Below the pieces are notes generated by a model that was not told the DNA's origin, made no database searches, and saw only the letters and a program-made list of their open reading frames with translations. 64,000 nucleotides of DNA, taken from Marsupella aquatica (lineage: Eukaryota; Plantae; Marchantiophyta). How positions within the stretch are numbered: position 1 is the first letter of the stretch; each line of letters starts with the position of its first letter. The stretch lies in NCBI GenBank assembly GCA_973895155.1, contig OZ316893.1:18135836-18199835 (forward strand), in the 5' to 3' direction. Below, piece by piece: positions 36,251 through 47,343 of the stretch. Made by a program: the position numbers and the translations under genes.

Positions 36251-37918
36251 TTAATCACTGTCAATGTAGTTATCCATTTCTAAAATGGCAGCTCTCCTTG
36301 TCTCGAATCGTGCTGAGTTAGGCTTTTCCCCGTGAAGATGCTCCCATTTTGCAATGTGACCATCCCATGACGAGCTAACCAGCATAGGTTCCGTTGGATG
36401 CCAACTAACATCCCGGACTGTTCCTCTATGGAATGATAGCCTTGCTATTCGGTGGCCACTTAACACATCGTAAATATAAACATAGCCATCATGTGAGCCC
36501 GTGTATATGTACTTCTGTCCTGTGCTGAACATAGGAGAAAAATAGCATCGTATCAGTGTTTGCAGAACAACATGACCTTTGTATGTCATCACTGATTGAT
36601 CATAAGGATGCTTCAGACCCTTATCCCTTCCTGGATAGTCATCCCACCGATAATCCCAACGGAAGGCTGGAATCTTGGCCGGCCTGGCTCTACTTGGTGG
36701 TCCCGAAGACATTTTCCTAATGTCCCACAGCTTGATGGTTTGATCTTTGCTGTTGGAAATAAAATACTGCCCGTCACCAAAACTATCTATGAATGTAATG
36801 CCCTCCAAATGCCCCTCAAGAACTCCCACAGCCCGGGATTTTTGTGCGAAACATCGCCGATCCCACACTTTGCAATTGTTGTCATCACTTCCCGAATAAA
36901 TCAAGTGACTTGAACTGTCAGCAAAAGCGACAGCATTTACATCATCCTTGTGAGCAACCACACGGAATGTGGGTTTGTTAGCCTCTAAATCATAGACGTA
37001 AATTGACTTGTCACTAGTTCCTGCCACAATCTCCCGACCATCATGAGAGAATTGCAATGACCATATTCCAAATGAATTTTCTCCTCTTGAACCGGCTGCA
37101 AAATCCAAACCCTCATGTATATCCGTTATATTAGCCAAAGACTCGATACCTCCAGATTCACTCCCAACATTCACCAGATGAACCAATGGCGTTATGGAAG
37201 CGTACACCAGAAAGCGTTGATCGGGAGACAGGGCAGTCTCAGTCACTGTCCACCGTAAGTTCCGAGCTAACACATCTTTTTGAAGCGCCCAGTTCTTATC
37301 CACGTTGTAAATTCTTATGCGCTGGTCCTGAAATCCTGCGACAAACAACGATCCATCAGCAGAAAATTGCCCAGTGTAGGCACGACTGTGTAACTGTTCC
37401 ACAACTGTCGGCCCATCAGTTGGCAAATATTTGGTGCCTACATGGCAGCGTTCAGCACGAGAGAACTTTCCGTTCCTGGAAACGTTAATTTCCCTTCCAG
37501 CCAGCATGGCATAAGCATTGACATTTTCACCAGGCTTCACTCTCCCAAATTTAGCCGAATCTTCACACGCTGCAGAGCGATGTTTGATAAGTTGCCCAAT
37601 TGAACAGTCATCCAACCCACAGTTCTCTGGTCCTTCTGACGGCCCCACATTGAAATCTTCGTCAGCTCTTCCTTCTTCCAATTCATCGCTATCGTCCTCA
37701 TCGTCATCGTCGTTAACAAAACACTCATACTCATCAGCGTCTTCTTCCGCCCGTCTACCGCTACGTCGCCCAGACCTGGTCCTCGTTCCACTGAAGTTCC
37801 CGTTTCCTCCTTCGTTACTTCCTTCTCCTCTCCGCAAACCTAATCTACCTGCAAGCCAAATCGCCGATCCCGTGAAACCAGCAGGGAAACCACGACCATT
37901 TCTCCCCGGCCCAGTCAT
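36251..37918 (-). CDS. DCAF11: WD40-repeat DDB1-CUL4-associated factor, DCAF11/WDR23/LEC14B-like (555 aa, no coding introns)
   Basis: Contains SRAYTGQFSADG, WTVTETALSPDQ, YSGSDD..CKVWDRR, GHLEGITFID..GDG..FISNSKDQTIKLWDIR, WDYRW, YKGHVVLQTLIRC.FSP..STGQKYIYTGS and VRDVSWHP. First ATG at 37918; the track start at 38116 is non-ATG. Confidence 0.9.
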   Translation of the reverse strand: MTGPGRNGRGFPAGFTGSAIWLAGRLGLRRGEGSNEGGNGNFSGTRTRSGRRSGRRAEEDADEYECFVNDDDDEDDSDELEEGRADEDFNVGPSEGPENCGLDDCSIGQLIKHRSAACEDSAKFGRVKPGENVNAYAMLAGREINVSRNGKFSRAERCHVGTKYLPTDGPTVVEQLHSRAYTGQFSADGSLFVAGFQDQRIRIYNVDKNWALQKDVLARNLRWTVTETALSPDQRFLVYASITPLVHLVNVGSESGGIESLANITDIHEGLDFAAGSRGENSFGIWSLQFSHDGREIVAGTSDKSIYVYDLEANKPTFRVVAHKDDVNAVAFADSSSHLIYSGSDDNNCKVWDRRCFAQKSRAVGVLEGHLEGITFIDSFGDGQYFISNSKDQTIKLWDIRKMSSGPPSRARPAKIPAFRWDYRWDDYPGRDKGLKHPYDQSVMTYKGHVVLQTLIRCYFSPMFSTGQKYIYTGSHDGYVYIYDVLSGHRIARLSFHRGTVRDVSWHPTEPMLVSSSWDGHIAKWEHLHGEKPNSARFETRRAAILEMDNYIDSD

Positions 37919-38989
37919 TTCCAGGAGTTGAACCAACTCGAGGAACCGACTGTAGTTATCGGAAGAGTTAGCCAGAGCGCTTAGTGCTACTGATGCAGTC
38001 TTTGTGTTCGTCGTCTCCGACCAATCATGTACTGCAAATGTCAATTTAAGTCCGTGAACAAATGACCACAGTACCACGACCTTGAGAGCCTTCTGAGTGA
38101 GTCGATTCCTCAACAACGCAATAGATAGTTATATTTCCAATAAGATGCCATGCCTGTCCTGTACTATTCTCCCTCCAGCAAGTCTACTCCCTCCTCAAAG
38201 GTTCAATTGTATATCTGACGATAGGAAGCTTCTAACCACATCTCCAGGAACTCTCAAATGATGGCATTCACACAATCTTAACTATCCTAGATGATGCTTT
38301 GTCCTACCCTGTCGTTCGACAAACTCGCTGGCGTAGTAAACGAAGACAGTCCGCCTAGGAATCAATCGACATGGGACCCCTCGTGTCGCCTCGCACCTCT
38401 CTCAATTACCGCAACGTCAGAGCTCCGCCGCGTCACTCTTCCACCCAAGTACACGCAAGACGTTCAAAAGCACTGTCGCGTGAAAGAGTCCCTCATGGAA
38501 TCAGTCAGCACAACTGTGCAGCAGCAGCTCACTCTTATTAGCACTTGAGGGAGTAGAGAAATACACTTATTTTCGGCAACTTCTTCCGTTTGAAGCAGAG
38601 ACTGCGGTCACAGGCAACTTACAATTCCTTACAACTCAAAAGGACATAATCCAAGCCCTTTGTTTGTAGGCGAAAATTAGCCAATCTTACCTACCTATGA
38701 TACTCGGGCTAAAATAAAAATAAAATCTTTTCCATTGGCCACCATCAATCGGGCTAATTTAAAAATATATATCTTTTCCATTGGCCCACCATCAAATGCA
38801 CCATGGGGGAGTAACCAGAAAGTACACTCTAATTTTTAAAATTTTGATTTTATTTAGTGTGAACCCCAAGGATGGGAAACCAGCATGCCAAGGCAAGCTG
38901 ATTTTATTCACTGTGAAACCCAAGGATCGGCAAAGCAGCATGCCAAGGCAAGCAAGCAGCACCCAGGAGCGTGGAGCAGGCAAAAAATA

Positions 38990-41640
38990 ACCAAAACCGA
39001 GGGTGGGGGGGGGGGGGGGGGAACCAAACCCACACCACAAGAGAAAGAGCATGCTTCACTGCCTCAACCTCTCAGCTTCAGATACAAGAGTAGTCAGGAG
39101 GGATTCAGACCCCTATACCCAGTGTCATGAAAGTTGGCAGTGAGCAATAAGCAAGTGCTTGCCAAGTGACATCCTAAGCTATTCAGCCTCAAGCACTAGG
39201 CAATCTAATATGCAAGAGGACCATTATCCTACTAGTAGATACAATCTGGATGTAATTACAGTAACTTTTCCCCCTTGTCTATCATCAGTAAATATCCTAG
39301 GCAAAGTAAAACCCTTATCCCATTGAGACTTTAAAGTAGACAGGAACCAGGTCGCACAAATGCTCTCTTTCAGCAGCAATCACTTATCTGGCCCTATAAG
39401 TAGTCCCCTGTGCCTATTCCTGGGAGGTGTGGCAGCACTAATAGCGGTCAGATGATCCAAGGTTTCAGCCAGCAGTGAGTGGGTATTAAAGCACCGTCTT
39501 TAATCTGGGCCAAAGGTCTGTGCATTCCTAGCCGGATAAACTCTCCGGCAATATTTGATATAGCAGGGACAATCTTGATGTGTGAAAGCTAAAGCAACCT
39601 GGTCTATGCTGAGAATGAAGTAGAACACTGAGCTTGAAGTTGGGGTCAATACTTCTCTCTTCCAGCCAACCATTAGCACTACTCCAAGAGTGCCGGGCAT
39701 GTAAACATTCAAATAATAAATGGGAAATGGTCTCAACCATCCCACCCTGAGCATATACCACAGCAGCCATCTGTTTTCCTATTCAGAGCCCACGAGCCAG
39801 TGAAGAGTCCTTGAGCAAGAATATGCCATACAAACACTTGGCCAGAGTTGAAAGTCAAAGGACCATCAGTGTCTCCAAACAACACTCCAGCCATCCTTGG
39901 TGAATCTGTTATCCCAGCTTTGATTTAACCGAAAATGATGAGGTCATGCAGGACAAAACAAATCATAGACTCTACAGTTCACAATTCCAAAATTCTTGAT
40001 TGCCGTGTGTCTTTGTCAGCCCTGCGCCATTGTCGGGCCAGCAAATCAGAGCTGCTCCCTCGGAATGTAGAAATATGTATCACTACTATAAGAGTAGGAT
40101 ACAAGTTCATGTGTCTCTCAGCTGTCCTCGTAAACAAGTTAGTCGGGTTTCTACAGCTATCCAGGCTCCAGGAGTAATAGACCAGAAGTCATATGTCTTT
40201 CTCACTCCTCCAATACATACTAGCATTGTACAAAAGTCCTCTTGTAGATCATAAAATCTATGCAAGCATCAAAGAAGATTTTCCAATCCACAATGGCCAT
40301 TCCCCTCACCTTCTCCCAGGCGCTCCATAGATGGCTGTGCCGACCAGTATGCCATATAATCTTGGGGTGCTCAGCAACATCTTGTCAGTCATAGAGTACC
40401 CATTCCTGCTTATCATATTGTCAATCATAGAGTACCTATTCCTGCGTATCATCTTGAAGTTTCTCCATTTGGCAAGTCCAAATTAGCAGAGTACAAATGT
40501 TCCCACTAAAAGTTAGGGTTGTCCTATCGTTTGTAAACCATTTGCATCTGAGTGACTTCTTAAGTCTTTCAAGCCAAGCCCCCCCTTCAATCTTAGGCCT
40601 GGAAATCCTCTCCCATGCATCAAAGGGATCGGAGGCCCACCCAACTCATTCTGCTGGCCCCAAAGAAACATATGGTTCAATGCAATAATTTTCTTTACCA
40701 ACACTTCTGATGATTCAACGATTCCTATGGTAAGTTGGTATTGCTTTCAGCACAAGATAAATAATCTCATCAGTTATCAATCATCTCTATCAGCCAGCCT
40801 GATATTAGCTGCTGCCTCATCTCAAAGAGGCTGCCGAGCTGCAGCACAAGAAAAAAATTGAGAATTTGTTTTTGATTTCTTTTCAAAACTTAAGGGAGAA
40901 TGCTTTTTTAATTGTTTACTAAGGGGTGTTTGTACCAAACGGGCACCCCATCTTGGCAAGGTCAGTGAGATGGGCCCCCGTCCATACGGTACAAATGCAA
41001 AAAAAAAACGCTTTTTTGGCCCATTTTTTGGTCCTTACGCCTATCTTGACGAGGTCATCTGAGACTGAGTCAATCTTGGCAAGGTTAGCCAAGATTAAGT
41101 CAATCTCAGTTGCCCAGCTGAGATGCGAGGAGGTGCAAAGGTCCCATCTCAGCTGAGATTCAGAATTTTTTTGGCATCGAAATTGATAACTGATGACGTT
41201 ATGTACCCCTAGCAACACTGCTTGATGTGCAGTGAATGAAAGAACATCTGTGGACCATGAAGACAACCTAGCACCAATTCTGTCCAGACAAAAGGAATGA
41301 AGTTGTGACATAGGAAGACCACATCCAAACATGCCACCCAAGTATTGTTGTACTTCTTTAGGTTCACTGATTTTGAAGCCAAAATTTCTGAGCCAAACCA
41401 GGTTCTTCTCCACAACAAAAGGAATTACCACAAATTTCTTCAGATTCAGCTTGGCACATGTTGCCAATTCATAGCAGCCCAAAGCATTCCTTGCCAGTTA
41501 AAAAGCATAATCTGTAGCGGAATGAACATGCCTAAATTTCCCACTAATAATTAGAAGCAGATATATAGAGAGGGTGATATTGAATGCCCTGCACTCTATT
41601 CAATGCAATTTCATTGTTCAGAAAGTCCATCATATCAAAG
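38990..41640 (-). mobile_element. Decayed L1-like LINE 3' half
   Basis: Fragments AKLNLKK, QQYLG, GGLGLKDL and ETISHLLFEC (C-terminal zinc-binding region). Heavily disrupted; boundaries approximate. Confidence 0.7.
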
Positions 41641-42575
41641 GAATTGTATGGTGCAAGCAAACAGGAGTTTGACCTGGTAGGGGAAAGGTTGCCGTTTGGA
41701 CAAGGCAGATTGTAGATATCTTGATTGTTCAAGGTTCACTGACAATGAGGCGGGGACAATGCGCCAGAATTTAGATGAGCTTGCCAATTCTACGGACAGG
41801 GAGACCAGTAGTGAACCTAGTAGTAGTTTGGTTTTGGATGATTTAGAAGATGAGGTTTCCAACTAAATCTAGTCATGAGTAGGACAGTATGGCAGGGTTA
41901 GAATCTACTCTTACACGTTTACTATGTGGAATCTTTATGAGATCCTTGCTTTGAATGGAAAAGGGGACCAATATTTAATGAAACACTCTTATATTCCAGG
42001 CTGGATTGTTTTCAGTGTAAAGGTGTGGAGACTCAAGACTGGAAATGGATATGGGAATCATGAATGCTTGTCTTTGTTTACTATAAGAGAGGGCAATAAC
42101 TGCAATTTGTAACCTTGGTTTTCCCGCAATTGATGTATTCTTAACATGAGCATAGAATAAGCCTTGCTAGCAATAGTGCCTCGCTAACAAAGCTTTGTCA
42201 ACCTGCTTTACCATCGTCTCAGCATAGCAGGGAAGAGGAAAAGGCTTGAGCATTGTTAAACTTTTCGGAGCACAAGTATGGAGAATGTTCTATCCTCAAC
42301 ACCAACAACAAATCTTCCAAAGTATTCTCCAGCAAAAAACAAGCTTGCATTGCGCACAGTCTAATCAAGCACTATATCCCTTGGGCTTTGTGAGGAACTC
42401 CATCACGACTTGCATGAACCCAATTTATAGCCTTCTCAATTCAACAACAGATGTTGTTGGACACGGATCAATCTTTGAGTAACAAACACTTAGCATTGGC
42501 TTTTGTCAGGCATCTTTTGAAGACCCCATTGGAACATATGACAGGTCTTTGGGAATCTTAGCATTGAATTCCACT

Positions 42576-43179
42576 TGTCGTGCGCATACATATCGCTACA
42601 CAACATACATCGCTTGTCACATACATCCAGACATAGTCACACTGCCACATCACAAACACAAGAGAATGGAATACAAGTGGAACTCATGTCCACACATGTC
42701 CAAAACCCACAATCAATCTCCATACAATCGGCACAACGATCCCGGTCAACAATACCCCATCGATCCCGCACCGATCCGATCACACACGTATGTCAAGCCA
42801 ACGCACCTTGCACTACTCAAGGAATCCACATTACACAAGCGGAGCTCACAGCCACCATAGCCACTCAAGCTCCTCTCTCTCCAAGGCTCAACATTGAAAG
42901 ATGACCTTTCAATGCCTCACAAGTGAGAAGTACCCTCTCACACAAACCTGACGGAACCTTATCGGCTCCAATAGCACTCATACCAAACATACATACTCTA
43001 ATAGCACGATATACTACTACACTACTCAGAATGGTGTGACAGCTGTCGTGCGCATACATATCGCTACACAACATACATCGCTTGTCACATACATCCAGAC
43101 ATAGTCACACTGCCACATCACAAACACAAGAGAATGGAATACAAGTGGAACTCATGTCCACACATGTCCAAAACCCACA
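42576..43179 (-). repeat. 3' terminal B1-A2-B2 repeat block
   Basis: B1 43044-43179, spacer GC 43042-43043, A2 42715-43041, B2 42576-42711. PPT at ~43183-43190. Confidence 0.9.
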
Positions 43180-44674
43180 ATCGCCCCCCTAGCTGGGAGT
43201 AAGGTCCCCTAACTCTAGCTAGCCATGAGTTCTACAAGGTTGATATACACCTTTTTAGGTGTGAAGATCAGGAGGTCGGGTGCAAGTGAGCCCATCGATC
43301 ACCTACCTGCAATCCATATCTGCCAAGAGAACACAAATGACAACTAGTCGGCTTCACCGACATTGAGGACACAACCATGATCCACTAGGAATCACCTGCA
43401 ATGGTGGTGTCAAACATGACATGTGCCATCCTCTAGAACACTTATCACAAATCAACATAGTAGCTGCTCCCTGAGTAGATCCACACAACATACATTTCAA
43501 GCCAGCACGAACATGTGCCAAACTTGGATCTACTGTACCATCAATGTTGGGAAGGTGACATGGTGCACAGTTGCGCACATGATCCTTCCAAACCATACCA
43601 TCGCGTCCCTCCAACATCAGGACACCAGAAGGCAACACTTCACGCACACGTAAGATTGTCCGGTCTGCGGTCACATCAAGTGTCGTGGGTGCTGTCTGTT
43701 GCAAATAAATATAATCACCAGGATGAAATCGCCGAATGCTTGCACAGTAACCTCCTCCACGAATAGTGGCATACCTCAAAGTATCACGATGTTGGGCAAT
43801 GGCAAGGTTGTCGAAAGCCATGGGCATCACTCACTAAAATACTCGTGCTCTCTCTGAACACACCTTGACCCAAACATCAGGATCATCCAAGTTCACAACT
43901 GATGCAGCATCACGACGAATAGCTGCTAGCAAATTTGGCTCTCTACCATAGAGCAAAAAGTAAGGTGAGAAGGATGCAAGTGATGCTTGCCGACTGAAAC
44001 GGTAGCCCATAGCTAACCAAGGTAGCTGGAGATCCCAATCTCCCAGATGACCAACCTGCAAGCCATACTTACGCAATCCTCTCTTCACAGTTTGCACAAC
44101 TCTCTCAGCTAATCCATCTGCCTCAGGATGATCACGAGAGGTAGTACGATGATCAATCAGAGCTTGTTCACACAAACTCTCAAACTCTCCACGGAACTCA
44201 GTTCCCTGATCAGTCAACACCTCAACTGGTGCTCCAAAATGACTGAGTACACGATCCAAAAATGTAGCAGCAACTCCTCCACTGGCTTTATCTGGCAACG
44301 CCACTAGCTCAATTGTGACGGGTACCCCGTCACGGGAAGTCACACATAACTGGTTGCAAAGGCCGATACCTTGTTAATAGTCAATGTAAATAAGCCATTT
44401 TTTAATTTTTAGTTAATTCCGTCATTATAGGTTGATGATGCCCCAGGTGACTTTATATTCTTTCTCTCATAATAGTTCTAAGATTTGCGGCGACCTAAGT
44501 GGGCAAATATTTTGGGACCTTGAAACTAGCCAGGACCAGCCCCATAGGACTTACCGTTTTGCTTCAAGAGCTATTGTTGAGACCCCCATTGCAAAGTCAG
44601 GAGAGGGGGGGGTTTTTTTAAATAAATCCCTCCTCAGGAGGGCGAGTCCCATTAGTGGCCGTCCGAGAGAAAGA

Positions 44675-45062
44675 GGGGCTGCCTCGCGAGCCCATAGGGC
44701 TGCGTGCCCGGGCGATTAATGGGGCTCCGCGAGCTGAAGGGGCTGCCTCGCGAGCCCATAGGGCTGCGTGCCCGGGCGATTAATGGGGCTCCGCGAGCTG
44801 AAGGGGCTGCCTCGCGAGCCCATAGGGCTGCGTGCCCGGGCAATTAATGAGGCTCCGCGAGCTGAAGGAGCGCAAGCGAGCGGGGGGGGGGGAGTTAAAG
44901 GGCCTCCCGCGAGCTGGGAGGATCACGCGAGCGGGGGGGAGTTAAAGGGCCTCCCGCGAGCTGGGAGGATCACGCGAGCGGGGGGGAGTTAAAGGGCCTC
45001 CCGCGAGCTGGGAGGATCACGCGAGCGGGGGGGAGTTGAAGGGCCTCCCGCGAGCCGGGAGG
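44675..45062. repeat. Two adjacent GC/CpG-rich minisatellites (~64 bp x3 and ~48 bp x4)
   Basis: Units GGGGCTGCCTCGCGAGCCCATAGGGCTGCGTGCCCGGG... and GCGAGCGGGGGGGAGTTAAAGGGCCTCCCGCGAGCTGGGAGGATCAC. Confidence 0.85.
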
Positions 45063-45486
45063 AATGGCCGCGCGCCCTGCATAGGGCCGCGCGCAGGAGG
45101 ACGCAAGGGTAAGGCCCGAGAAATGGGCCGGGGCGCATGGCGAAGGCGCCAGGAGTTTTTTCGGTTCTATTTTTTTTTCCTTCCTTTTTCTTTCCCTCTT
45201 CCTTTTGCACGACCCTCTCATTGCCGAAAGCAAAAACGGGGTTCTTCTCTCTCTTGCCGGAAGCTCTCTCCAGATTCTAATTATTTTTGAAGCTCTCTCT
45301 TTCATGGTGGATTAGTGGGGCTTGCTGGCGTCATTCTTCCAGGCATTAGTGGCGGCCGCACGGAGTAGTGACGGGAAATTGAGAGAATTTAAGTGATCGG
45401 GCTACGGGGGCTGTTTCGGGCCAGGGAATTGACATTGCCACGGGTGACGGGATTGGTGATTGAGAAATTGATTTCGGGATGCATGG

Positions 45487-47343
45487 ATGCTAGATCAACC
45501 AGAGTTTAGTGCATCACGCATTCGGAGATACAAGGCTGCTTACCGTGACTACGTGGAGACTCGGATTACACGGGAAAGGGAAGAGAGAGAAGTTATGATG
45601 AGCACGGGATTGGCAGCGGGTTCCTCACCGGTGGGTAGGAAGATTTTTCGTCGAATTTATCCCAAGACCTCCACCAAGGTGATGGAGGATTGTCGGAACA
45701 TTTTCCAAGCCACCGGGCTTACAGAATTCATGAAGGTGGAGATTACCATCCCTTCAGGGAAGAGCTGGGACATTGAGGCCGGGATGGAGTTCCGAACGGA
45801 GGGAATCTACTTTGAATGTCTCAAACGTGTAGTGCCCCATGTGGAGTTGGCTAAGCTATTGTTTCTTGAGAATCAGAAATTCTCATTCACACCTCGGAAT
45901 ATCAGGGGAGAACTCACGTTGAAAATGGTGGCCACTTGGGTGACCAATCCTACCTCCACCACCGCCATCCCTCTTTCTGCTGTCAAGGATGTTGAGTATA
46001 AGGGCTTCCTGGCCAAGGTGCATCAACGGGTTCTTGGCAACGTGCAATCCGGAGTGCTGAATGAGGAGCATTTCGTGGTAGCTATGGACATCAAGAACTA
46101 CCCAGCCCATGTGTACGGATGGTGGTGCTACGGATTGAAGAAGCTATTGGCCGCTGAGCCCGGGAGTGTGAAACCAGGTGGGGCTGTACATTTGATGGGG
46201 TCATTTGTATTGGCCAGGGCAGAAGGGTTGATTGGTTCTCCGGGGCATGAAGACACGGGATCATCTCTCACCACGGAGATCCGGAGTATTGCCACTACCG
46301 TTTTAGGGAAGCTCACGGAGGAATCATTGTCTGCTGGTGGGGAGGATAATAGAGAAGAAGAGAACCAGGAGGATGATTGCACATTGGAGTGGCTTGAATC
46401 ACTCGTGGGAGATCCGAAACAGCCTCTGGAATACAACATTCCGGATGTTTACTTGGCAGAGCTACGGGATTTCAGAGAGGGAGTCCACGAGGGACTCAAG
46501 CTAGTCCACGCATTGAGGGAGTCTCTCAAGCACGCCACAGTCAAAGTAGAGACGTTAGAGCAGAGCATCCTGTCACTGAAGGAGGTGATCAAGACCAAGG
46601 AGCAGACCATTCATGAGAAGGTCAGGCACATCAATGCAGCTCACGTAGAGATCACCAACTTGAAGGGAGCTTTGTCCACCAAGGCCAAGGAAGCAGAAGA
46701 AGTAGGAGCGTTGAGGCAAGCATTGGCCAAAGAGAAGCAAAATTCTGGAGAAGTGATGGAGTGGAGGAACCAGGTGGGAGCACTACGGAGTCAGGTGGCA
46801 GCCTTTGAGACACGAGCGAAGAGAAGTGAGGCCCTGAGTCTAGGGAAACGGAAGAGTCCCGGCACACCTGGCTCCACACTTTCCCCGGATGTGATCTCCC
46901 AAGCTATCGAGATGGTGGTGAAGGAGGTTAGTGGGAAGTATGGACCCTTGTTGGATGGAGCCAAGAAGAGTCAGGAGAAGAGTAAGAGCTTGGAGAAGAA
47001 GCTCCGGGAGGTACGGAAATCGTTACGGGAGGCTCAGGTCAGTACGGGGATGCCACCCAGGTCTGTCACCCCCGGGACTCCCATGGCCACGGGGCAAGTT
47101 CTACCGTTGGAGTTGCGGTCCGGAGAAGAGGCTACCCTCTGGAAGGACACAATTGGTGAGGGGTACATCAAGGCGTGGCAGGCCTTGGCTGCTTTGAGGA
47201 AGCGCGGGAGCAGCAGCACTAAGAGTACTCCGTCGAAGAAGAAGAAAAGTACGGTGGCACTCACTCCCGTGAGTGATGAGGAGGAGGACCACTCACGGGG
47301 CACAAGTCCGGGCACCGAGAGCGAAGAAGAAGAGGAGGATTAG
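45487..47343 (+). CDS. 618-aa protein of unknown function with C-terminal coiled coil and basic/acidic tail
   Basis: Intact ATG-initiated ORF inside the family 3 unit. Has a heptad-like region, PSKKKK and GKRK NLS-like motifs, and an acidic C-terminus. Confidence 0.75.
   Translation: MLDQPEFSASRIRRYKAAYRDYVETRITREREEREVMMSTGLAAGSSPVGRKIFRRIYPKTSTKVMEDCRNIFQATGLTEFMKVEITIPSGKSWDIEAGMEFRTEGIYFECLKRVVPHVELAKLLFLENQKFSFTPRNIRGELTLKMVATWVTNPTSTTAIPLSAVKDVEYKGFLAKVHQRVLGNVQSGVLNEEHFVVAMDIKNYPAHVYGWWCYGLKKLLAAEPGSVKPGGAVHLMGSFVLARAEGLIGSPGHEDTGSSLTTEIRSIATTVLGKLTEESLSAGGEDNREEENQEDDCTLEWLESLVGDPKQPLEYNIPDVYLAELRDFREGVHEGLKLVHALRESLKHATVKVETLEQSILSLKEVIKTKEQTIHEKVRHINAAHVEITNLKGALSTKAKEAEEVGALRQALAKEKQNSGEVMEWRNQVGALRSQVAAFETRAKRSEALSLGKRKSPGTPGSTLSPDVISQAIEMVVKEVSGKYGPLLDGAKKSQEKSKSLEKKLREVRKSLREAQVSTGMPPRSVTPGTPMATGQVLPLELRSGEEATLWKDTIGEGYIKAWQALAALRKRGSSSTKSTPSKKKKSTVALTPVSDEEEDHSRGTSPGTESEEEEED

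Noticed and set aside
37919-38116. 66-codon N-terminal extension of the WD40 ORF
   Set aside because: Starts at a non-ATG codon; more likely 5' UTR.
40750-41209. Possible Tourist-like MITE(s) with GGGGT...ACCCC and TCATCAGTTATCAA inverted motifs
   Set aside because: Termini and TSD are ambiguous; the element cannot be defined from this window alone.
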